37,358 nt of DNA, taken from positions 1 to 37,358 of the forward strand of contig LPNZ01011722.1 of the NCBI GenBank assembly GCA_001655205.1, written 5' to 3'. The number at the start of each line of letters is the position of its first letter. Position 1 is the first letter of the stretch. The notes beneath the pieces are model-generated. The model did not search any database. It had not been told where the DNA came from and was given only the letters and a program-made list of their open reading frames with translations. Source of the stretch: Lenisia limosa. Its lineage: Eukaryota; Protista; Breviatea. Below, piece after piece: positions 1 through 9,924 of the stretch. Both the position numbers and the translations under genes were made by a program.

Positions 1-3000
1 TGTGACCACTAACTGCACCAACGCCAACACTGATGCTGATCTTTGCTCTGTGGTTTGCCCAATGAACTCTACCGCTTCTGCTGCTACTATGATATGTGTT
101 AACGGCACTTTTGCTGCCACCTGCATCAGTTACTGTGACATGGAAACTCACCCTACCGGTTCTTCTTCTTGTCAATTGGGCTCAACTTCAACTGATGTCT
201 GCGTTCCTAACTGCCCTTCTAAGTGGACACCCGCTGTCGCCAACTTCGGCTGCAATGCCGAAGGTATCTTTGAGGATGTGGAAATCTGCAAACCTATTGA
301 ATTCGAGTTCTTGGATGACGTTTTCTTCTTCAAGTATCTGACAGGTGAAAGAAGAATTAAGCCAACTGTAAACATGTCCCGCCCTATTCTTGAAGACTTT
401 GATGTTATCGAACTTATTGTCAACGGAGAAAAGCTGGTTAACTACACGTACAACGATAGCTTCACCTTTGATGAAGGTGTATACGCCTTTGATGTCATCT
501 TCAGGCGTTATAACATGGAGGGTGTCATGACCACCGAGTTCAACGCTTCCACCACCATCAACACCTGTCAAGAAATGGAATATATTACCTGTGAAGGCTA
601 TCTTGTTGGCGACTGTCGCAAATGCGAGCTCGGCTGCGATCGTCTTGCTACCAGCACTTGCAACGAGACCGTTACGCCCGCTCTCAAGGATGTATCCACG
701 TCATCCAAGCTGAAGGTCACCTGGGTGCCCGTTTTCGGAAAGGAGTACGCAGTGTACGTCAACGGCACTTTGATGGATCGCGATGTCCTGCAGAGCTACT
801 CCCAGAATGCTACAGCTGGAACCCTCTACCAAGTAAAGGTCGTAATGTACGACTACAACCTTGAGTCCCAGCCCGCTCTTCTCAATGTGGTAATTCCCAT
901 GATCCCCCCTTCACCGGTCAATATTTCCTCTAGTTCCATTACCAACCTTAACACCACTTCTGCTACTCTCAGCTGGACCGCAGTCCCCACTGCGACCCAC
1001 TACTACGTCTACTTCCTCGATGGCGGTTTTATTACTGCTTCTGCTGGCGTTGTCACTGACCCTACTATTGTCTTGACTGACCTTCTCCCTGGTACCACGT
1101 ACACTGTCGGTGTCAAGTCTTACAACGGCGCCTTCTCCGGTTTTGCTGAGAGGTCGTTCACCACCGAGTATGAGTCAGTTCAAGCCCCTGAGGTCAGAAT
1201 CTCGGAGATCACTTCAACCTCATTTGTGGTCAACTTTGAGAGCTCAGTGTTTACCGACATTGAACTCATTATCGGCACTGACGTGCAGACCCTCAACAAC
1301 GCCAACCCCGTCTCTGTCTCCAGCCTTGATGTCGACACTGTCTACAACTGCTCTGCCCAGTACATTATTGATGGTGGCGCCTTCAGAGGCGATATCCTCG
1401 CTTTCGACGTCAAGACCCTTCCGAATGCCCCCATGGCTCTCAGCAGCCTGAACACCACTGCTATCACCACCACCTCTTTTGTCGCCGAATGGTCCCTTCC
1501 TGCCGACGCAACTCACGTCACCTTTGAGCTCTTTGACGCTGACGACAACTTGGTCTTCTCTGCCAAGCCTACTGACAACTCCTTGACATTCCTTGGTCTA
1601 AAGCCTGAAACTTCTTACACCCTTGTTGCTCACACTGTCAACACTGGAGGCGTCACCGAGTCCAATAAGATGGTCACCACCAAGGCCCTTGCCCCTGTTC
1701 TTGCTACCGTCATCGCTGCCGACCCCACCGACAGCGACCGTGTCATGTCCGTCAATGACACCATCACTGTCACCTTCAAGTAGGCTTGGGAGGAAAGGGG
1801 NNNNNNNNNNNNNNNNNNNNNNNNNNNNNNNNNNNNNNNNNNNNNNNNNNNNNNNNNNNNNNNNNNNNNNNNNNNNNNNACGAAGCCGAAGTGTCTCTGG
1901 ACTGTGAGCCGTCTCTTGCCGATCTTGAGCTTGCCTCTGTCTGGACCGACGCCAAGACCGTGAAGTTCTCCCTTAACAACGTGATTACCACTAAGGTCAG
2001 TGACCTGACTCGTGTTTTTGAGTTTTTCAAATCTTTTAAGTTGTTTTCCCCCCTTTCTTCCTGACTCGTGTTTATTGTAAAGTGACTTTGATGAAATTTA
2101 TTGATATGATATGTTTTTTGAAACAAATCCTACTTTTCTTCCATATCGTACCATCGAATGTGAAAGAGGTCACCCACTCCTCTTACCTTCTTGCAGATTC
2201 TTGGTGTTGCCCGCTGCGGTATCGCTGCCGGTTCCGACCTCCGCGTTGCCAGCGACAACTCTGAGGTTGTCGGAACCAAGAAGACCGTTCTTGTCGGTAA
2301 CTGGGGCCTTGCCCCTGCTGACGTCGACATGTCTGTTCTTGATATTGTCTTCAATGAGGATGAGATAGCCGAGCAGTTCCCCAGCGTCAGCACCAACGCC
2401 GCCTCTGCCGCCGTGGAGGTTGCCTTCGAAGTCACCGGCCCCGGTCTTGTTGCCCTTCCCTTCCAGGTAGGCTTCTTTTACTCATTAAATGCTGGTGTTC
2501 CGTGTTCTATGATACTTCACACTTTTCAAAAGAGTTTCTTCATTTCATGTTATAAAGACCTTTATATGATCATTCTTTCATTATCAGAGTATTTTATATT
2601 TACCCCCCCCCCCAGGCCTTCAAGAAATCTGGTGTGATCTCCGCCACTAACGCAACCCAAATGAACGACTTCCTTTCCGAAGGTGTCCGCCTCCGCACCT
2701 CTGTCAAGAACTCCGTCGACTCTTTTGTCATCTTCTATTCCATCACTCAGGTTAGATCCTGCTTTTTACTCCTGGCAATTCAGTTTTTTGTGGGCAGTTC
2801 TTCACCTTCTAGGAGGAGACTGTTGTTGAAGTTTCTTCTTCCGCCATTGTGACGCCCGTTGGAGACGCCCCCAAGGTCACTCTCGAGTCCACCACCGCCA
2901 CTGCCTCCGCTTCTCCTGTTGAGGTAGGAGCAAGGCACAAGTCAAGCCTCTTCCGAGACTCCCTTTGTGACGTTTCAGGTCTTCAAGGTGACCTTGACTG

Positions 3001-6000
3001 ACGTTGATGAGACCAACGAGTACATTGCCAAGATTGTTGCCACTGGCGGGTCTTTCGCTGCTGGCGAGTGCGGCATTTCTTCATCCGGTACTGTGTCATT
3101 TGTTCTTGTCAATTGAAATAATGAGGTCATTACCATTGTTTTTGTGATACCTTAGTTATGGGTGCAACCCTCGTTGCCTCTGGAAACCTCGAGCAGATCA
3201 CCTGCTTTGTCAACACGGCCAAATTCCAAGCCACCGAAGAGGCCCTCCTTTCAGGTAGGCTGGTGCTTTTGTGATGTTTTGCTCTTCCATCTGTTTCCAT
3301 TTTTCTTGTTCTTTGTTTCTTCTTTTTCTGTAACCTATTTTACCCCCTCTCAGGCAATGCTGTTGGCTTTGTCACCATTACCGATGTTGAGGCTGCCTCC
3401 ACTGCCTCTGCCAAGGTGACATTTTTGTATCGGATTACATTTAAATCTGTTTTCAGCATTTATTTCGCTCACATGTTTTACCTCACACCCCAGGTTGACA
3501 TCAACGTCATCTGCTCTGGTGTGACTCCCGCCGACTTCGTGTCTGCTGAGCTCCTTACCAACCTCAACATTGTCCTGACTTTCAGGTTTGAGAAACGCTC
3601 AACGTTTTTTTGGGGCAGTTAACATAGTATTATTTGGTCGGGTACAACTCCCTATGATTTAACCCCTGCAGCAAGGCTGTCCAGGTCAACTGGGCCACTT
3701 ACGCTGTTGCCGCTTCCAAGGCTGTTGTTGGCAACATCTTTGGCGATGACGCCACCATCGTGCGTTCCTCCGAGAACACCTTTACTATCCGCACCGGCAC
3801 CGGTTCCACCTTCCTGCCCAACGACAAGATCATTCTTGTCGACGGCGTCTTCATGCCCTGCGAGGACTCCACCACCTTCACCACTGGTGAGCAGCCTCTT
3901 GTCGTCATGGAGACTATTGAGCCGACGGTTGTAATCACCATGCCTCGCTATACCTCTTTCTGCGGTGAGGGCTTTAAGGCCACCGCCTTTGTTGAGGGTC
4001 TTCTCGGCCGTGCTGCTACCTACGAGTGGCTCGATTCTGCTGACCTTATGAAATCAGCTGTTGTTGATAACGAGTCCCTCTTCGTTCCCCAGGTTAGTCA
4101 TGGCCCTGTTGTTCACACCTTTCTTCACTATCCTGATTTATTTTGTTGTTCTCACCACTTTTCACTATCCTGATTTCTTTAGTCTGCTCTCAACTCTGGT
4201 ACCACCTACTCGGTCCGCGTGACTGTGACCAACTTCCTTGGTGCCACCACCACCGCCGAAGCATCCATTGAAGTCTTGGAGGTTCCCGTTCCCCAGGTTT
4301 GCTAACCGCGTTTTGCAGCCATTACTGGAGTTCTACCACACGCTCTCACCCCTCAGATCACCATGACCAACCTTGTTTCAGTCCTGCCCCTCAGTGAAAA
4401 CTTCGTGATCTCTCTTGACACTATCATCCCTTCTTGCCTCAAGGGTATGCGTCGGGTAAATCCATGATTTCATTATTTTCCCGGTCAAACAGGTTCTTAT
4501 CTTTCAGGAGACGAACGTGATGTGACCTACGAATGGACTTTCTCCGATAGCTCAGCCATTGTTTCAGGCGCCCAGTCCAACTCCATTGTACTCGATACCA
4601 CCAAGCTTGCTGTTGCTACCACCAGCGTCTCACCCACTGCCAGTGTCAAGGCCTGCATGACCAACATCAACGGCTGCGTAGCCAAATCCAGTCTGACATT
4701 CCCCATCAGCCGCGTTCCCTTTGAACCGGTTGTCAAGTTCACTGTGGGCTTTATAACACTTTCCTAATAACACATTTTTATTTGTTGGAGAATTCTGTCC
4801 CTTTTTTTAATTCGATCTCTCCTGACACCACTCCAGGCCGGACCCACAGCCACTTACAGCTCCGTGGAGGATGTCAAGATCGGCATCGAGCACGAGGCTT
4901 CTAAGGACAACATCTCCTCTCAGCCCATTTTGACTTGCCACACTCTCCCTGATCTTTAGTGGGTGATGGTTCTTCCTTCATTCCTAACTCGTGTTTGTCA
5001 TCCCAGCCTACCTGCTCTTCCTCACCCTTAATCCCCCAGTTCCTGCCCCGTCAGCATCCCTGCCGTCTTCAATGCAGGCTCCATGGTCCCCGGACTCTAC
5101 CGCTTCACGCTCACCGACGACGCCACTGGCGTTGAGGCTGTTCAGACTGCCGCTTTCGTCGCTGACGAAGTCCCTACGGTGTGTGGAGCTTTTTTTCTCT
5201 CGTTATTTTTTTTTTATACTTTATAAACTTGATCGGGCCGGCAATACGTTTATTATTATTTACATTTCCACATGTTTTTAATTTTACCCAGATTGTTTCG
5301 ATCACCACATCCACCGACATTGCTACCATTGGAGACATTGTTGCCGCCACTGTCGAGGTTGAGCACTCCGTCGCCTACACAGTCCAGTGGACCGCTAACG
5401 TCCCTCTCGCCGGTTTGAGGGAACGTTGTTTCTGGGAGAATGATAATAGAGAATTTAATCTGTAATGGATGACGGGATGCCTAGTGTTTATATTTCTATG
5501 GCCGTATTGACCATTTGTGATGATCCTCAGGCGAGACCACCAACAACATGGTTCTTGTCAGCCAGTTTGAGGCTGGACAGGAGGTCGTCCTCACCGCCAC
5601 CGTCACCGACATCTTCGGCTCCACTGTCCCCGCCACCGTGTCCTTCCTTGTCAACTCCCCTCCCTTCGGCGGTGTTGTCACCCTCTCTAAGGTCGGCCAC
5701 AATGCTGCTCTGTGTTGCGTCCTCAATGGAGTGGGGATTTCCCCACTTTTCCAGTAATTTTGTAAATATAGTTTTTCCTTCTTTCCCCTCTGACCCCTTA
5801 GACTTCCGTCGAGGCTGTGACCGAGACTGTTGAGATCCGTGCCGTCGGCTTCATGGACCGCGAGCAGGCTTCTCTCACCTACCAGGTTGGTCTTTTTCAC
5901 CTTTGTTGGTTCATTCCAACGCCTCTCATACTTATCTCATATTATTTATTAAGTGATCATATTGCCAATGTATTCCTGATCCCCCCCCCCCCNNNNNNNN

Positions 6001-9000
6001 NNNNNNNNNNNNNNNNNNNNNNNNNNNNNNNNNNNNNNNNNNNNNNNNNNNNNNNNNNNNNNNNNNNNNNNNNNNNNNNNNNNNNNNNNNNNNNNNNNNN
6101 NNNNNNNNNNNNNNNNNNNNNNNNNNNNNNNNNNNNNNNNNNNNNNNNNNNNNNNNNNNNNNNNNNNNNNNNNNNNNNNNNNNNNNNNNNNNNNNNNNNN
6201 NNNNNNNNNNNNNNNNNNNNNNNNNNNNNNNNNNNNNNNNNNNNNNNNNNNNNNNNNNNNNNNNNNNNNNNNNNNNNNNNNNNNNNNNNNNNNNNNNNNN
6301 NNNNNNNNNNNATTGCTGCTAATGTCTTAGGCCGAAGCTGCCTTCGACGAGACCCTTACTAACGTTGGCGACAACAAGGACACCAACGAGCTCCTCGGTA
6401 TGATCAGTGCCATTGCCGGCTCGGACCTGACCGTTCTCCGTCGTGACGCCGCTTCCGACCTGATCACCAAGATCACTGAGGCCCTCGTGGCAATCGATGA
6501 AGACCACCGCACCATGCTCCGTGATACGGTTCTTGACATGAGTACTTTCATGCCCCAGTTCAAGAGCCTCATGAGCAACCCCCACTACACCCCCTTCGTC
6601 GCTCAAAGAGTGGCAAACTCCTTCTACGCATCCATGTCCAAGACTCTCACCGGTACTAACTCCGAGAACATGCAGACTGTCATTGAAGCCCTTGACATGA
6701 TCAACGAGGTCATTGCCGCCGGTTCTGCCAAACGCTCCAACGATGAGTACAACCTCGCTCTGCTCTCCGTACCTCTCGCCATCGAGCGCATGATGGATAC
6801 CATGTCGTTCGTCGGTGAGACTCGGACTTACACCAGTACCGACTACTCCATCTACATTGAGTTCGTGGCTGCTGGTAAGGCCCTTACCTACTCTGAGGGC
6901 AACGTACAGTTCACCACCCCCGTTATGGACGCTGACACCATGGTCAGTATCACGGCCACCAAGATCCAACGCAATGACCTTGCCAACAGCTTTACCAACG
7001 ACTATGCCGCCACTAACACCACCCTCTTCGTTGTCAACTACTCCGAAACCGTCGTTGGCCCCATCGCCGCTACCACCACCGGTATGACTGTTCCGACCAG
7101 CTGTGAGAACTGTCTCCCCTCCTTCGTAGAGTACAACGACGCCTCCAACCGCTGGGACGCTGCTGCCTCCACCTTCCAGTCTGGTACCCTCACTGGCGAT
7201 GTTGGCAACAGCTTCACCATCATGGACCTGACCTGCGGTGACGACACTCAGGACTGTGACACCACCTGTGGAAACGGCGTCATTGATGAAAGCGAGGAGT
7301 GCGATGCCGGTCTTGTTGGCTCTGCCGGATGCATCGACTGCAAGGTGAGTTTCTATTACCATTGTAGCTTCAAAACAATAGCAATACTCTTTGCCTTCCT
7401 CGTTTTACTACATACAATTCAATTTAATACATTCTGTTCCTGAGCTGATATCAAGAGCTTGCCACCCCCAAGTCTTCACCATTTCATATTTACCCTGGGC
7501 TTTGTTTTTGTGTTATCAACCCTCGTGTGTTGTCAGNNNNNNNNNNNNNNNNNNNNNNNNNNNNNNNNNNNNNNNNNNNNNNNNNNNNNNNNNNNNNNNN
7601 NNNNNNNNNNNNNNNNNNNNNNNNNNNNNNNNNNNNNNNNNNNNNNNNNNNNNNNNNNNNNNNNNNNNNNNNNNNGCGCCATTGGTCCTGACGCCTGCCT
7701 CGTGGACAACCTCTCCAACTGCTCAGCCTGTGTCACCGACTTCACCAACCTCTGTTCCGAATGTCTCGATGCTGCCCTCTACCCCTGGGGTGCTAGCTGC
7801 GTTGATGCCTCAGGTGGGCCTTGGGATTGCTCCGTTCTGTTGTATTGTTTTGGTCTCCTCAGCCTCGCTTATTAAGCTATCATATCATAATTCCACATCG
7901 CTTCTTTGCTCATAACCACCAGGCATCGACCTTTACTTCGATCCTGCCCTTGGCGCCGACGCCATCGACGTCATCAGCGCCGCCGGACAACCCTCGTAAG
8001 CGTTGTTTCACCTCCATTGTTATAGTATGAACATAAACCAAGAACATCAGTAAACCTTCTTGACCCCCCAGCGTTACCCTTGGTGTCGGCGCTGGTCTTG
8101 GCCTGCCCATGCACAGCACCTTGTCTGCCGCCCCCCTTCTCTCAGACGCTTCCCACGTTGTTGTTGAGAGCTCCGTCCTCTCCTTCTTCATCCATGCTAA
8201 GAACGCTGCTAGCGAGGTCCTCTATTCCCAGTTGGGGGGGGGGGCATGTTCAGTTTCTTCATTGTGTGAAATTGACATTGTTTTCCCTTCCCATTAGTGT
8301 TTGTTATTTCTTGTTTTTTTGTTTGTTTGGAGTGACAGATTATTCGGTTCGTGATTAGTACGTTAATGCCAATATTCTTCATCGCAATTTCCTTCGTTTT
8401 ACTCTCCCCCCCCCTCAGTACTCTCGCTGCCCCTCTTACCTTCGTGATTGACTTCGCTGGTACCGCCTACTCTGTTGAGGACTACACCTTCTACGTCACC
8501 ACCGCGGCCGGCTCCGTCGCTGCTGTGGTTCGCATTTGGTCTTTCTGTTCATAGATACAGTGACCGGGATAAGGCTTGACAGAGCAAATCGGTCAAGTCT
8601 TATCCGCGCTGTATCCTTTTCTTCTCGTTCATTTTCCGTTTATGTTTCCGCCTTTGGCCTGACCCCTCCAGGATAGCTGCCCTGAAGGCACCTCCACCGT
8701 TGAAGGCACCGTTATGACCGTTACTGCCTGCACCACCGGCCAGTTCGACCTCATGGCGACTGTAGTTGAGTCCACCACTGAGGAGTCTTCTGTCGTCGTA
8801 TGCTGGTGTTATGGTTCACTATCTGTTTGCTGCTCCGTTGTTTACCCTCTAGGAGTCCACTGACACTGACATCACCACCGTTGTTGAGGATGATGATGAC
8901 GATGACCGCACCTTTGCCTGGATCGTCGGGCTCACTGGTGTGGCTTCCCTCGTGGCCGTCGCCGTCGTCGTTGTCACCCGCAAGGTTTGCTGCCACACTA

Positions 9001-9665
9001 TCAATATGTTGTGTTGGGCTTTTCTCCACCAAGAAAGAAGACCTCTACTATCCTCTCACCCCCTTTCATAAAGTTTTCAATTTTACGCTGGCTCGGGCTT
9101 GTTTGTGTTTTTGTCATCTGGCTTTTGTCTAGTTTTAGCGTTGGTTGCTCGTGTTTGTTATTGCTTGCTTTTGTTTGTTTGGAGTTTCAGATTATTCGGT
9201 TCGTGATTAGTACTTTTACGCCAGAAATTTCCTTTGTTTTACTCCCCAGGATGCTGATGAAGAGCCCCGTGCCGCCCAACTCAAGAGCGTTGGAGACCAC
9301 CAGNNNNNNNNNNNNNNNNNNNNNNNNNNNNNNNNNNNNNNNNNNNNNNNNNNNNNNNNNNNNNNNNNNNNNNNNNNNNNGAGACTTCCACCGTCCCCGC
9401 CGCCACCGAGACTGTTGCCACTGCCGACACTCTTGCTGTTGAGGACGTTGATGAAAAGCCTGCTGACGCCGAGGCCCCTAAGACTGAAGCCCCCAAGGAG
9501 GAGGCTAAGGTCGAAGATGTCAAGGTGGTTGAGACGGAGGTTTGTGGGGTGGGTGTTCTCTAGGATTAGCGGTAAGATGGCCTTTTATTCTTTGCTCTTT
9601 GTGTAAGTCTTCTCACTGTTTAGGCCCCCAAGGCTGACGCTAAGCCCGCTGACAATGCTGTATAA
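1..9665 (+). CDS. Giant multi-exon single-pass (type I) cell-surface protein, polycystin-1/REJ-like; 5' end lies outside the window
   Basis: Open frame from base 2 to donor 1780, then more than 25 GT-AG exons with strong C/T third-position bias splice in frame to TAA 9663-9665. Domain order: Cys-rich modules, about 4 FN3-like repeats (LKVTW...YAVY...YQVKV; ATLSW...YYVY...LLPGTTYTVGVKSY; LKPETSYTLVAHT), Ig-like segments, REJ-like region (TYEW, YRFTLT, VSFLVNSPPFGG), helical region, GPS-like segment, CGNGVIDESEECDAG repeat, Cys-rich segment, second GPS-like segment, TM FAWIVGLTGVASLVAVAVVVV (8913-8975) followed by TRK, acidic A/E/K/P-rich tail. Four N-gaps interrupt the gene. Confidence 0.85.
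7267..7344 (+). other. Myxococcus-type Cys-rich repeat (DUF4215-like) within the surface protein
   Basis: Translation CGNGVIDESEECDAGLVGSAGCIDCK matches the CGNGxxxxxEECDDG signature as I recall it. Confidence 0.7.
7494..7536 (+). repeat. Dispersed intronic repeat, copy 1 (copy 2 at 33987-34032)
   Basis: cctgggcttt...tcaaccctcgtgtgttg(t)cag; 17-bp identical core at 7516-7532 and 34013-34029. Confidence 0.75.
8297..8418 (+). repeat. Intron 3'-half repeat, copy 1 (copy 2 at 9151-9249)
   Basis: 26-bp identical core cagattattcggttcgtgattagtac (8336-8361 = 9188-9213) inside about 100 bp of alignable sequence ending at the acceptor AG. Confidence 0.9.
8558..8611. mobile_element. Miniature inverted-repeat element, copy A (54 bp), Tc1/mariner-like MITE candidate
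   Basis: CAGTGACCGGGATAAGGCTTGAC ... GTCAAGTCTTATCCGCGCTG imperfect terminal inverted repeats, TA on both sides (8556-57, 8612-13), inside intron 8528-8671; homologous copy at 32626-32702. Confidence 0.65.
9151..9249 (+). repeat. Intron 3'-half repeat, copy 2 (copy 1 at 8297-8418)
   Basis: Direct alignment to 8297-8418, including the ttactc + C-run + ag acceptor. Confidence 0.9.
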
Positions 9666-9924
9666 CTATAACTCAAATATATATGTGTGTTATTTATTGA
9701 CTTTGTTTCGACTTGTGGAATGACTGTGTTTTGACTTTTGAAATGACTGTGTTTGACTTGTGTGTTAATGGTGATGGAAATGACAATTTTGAATGACTCA
9801 ATTGGGACTGCCAGTAATTTTTTTTGCAGGAAAGCCTCCGTAGTAGAATCTTATGAAACGAAACACCCGGTGTTGTACAACAATCTAAAATTACATGAAA
9901 TCAAAAGAAAAGAACATTACAACA

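Noticed and set aside
4957-4959. Apparent in-frame TAG in the surface-protein exon, suggesting readthrough or code reassignment
   Set aside because: Resolved by a canonical phase-2 intron 4959-5039 (ta|t = Tyr, giving PDLYSCPV). The conserved exons I translated all read in the standard code.
5730-5747. Small hairpin agtgggg/ccccact in an intron
   Set aside because: 7-bp stem, single copy, within chance expectation.
6319-7362. 347-aa antisense ORF (likewise the antisense ORFs 188-571, 2130-2435, 9281-9523 and 31605-32063)
   Set aside because: Shadow frames opposite strongly codon-biased exons; no recognisable domain.
8231-8418. Idea that all introns are transposons with poly-G/poly-C terminal inverted repeats
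   Set aside because: Most introns show only one of the two runs (e.g. 2467-2615 has C only; the intron at 27350 has G only) and no target-site duplications are evident; kept only as a splice-signal bias.
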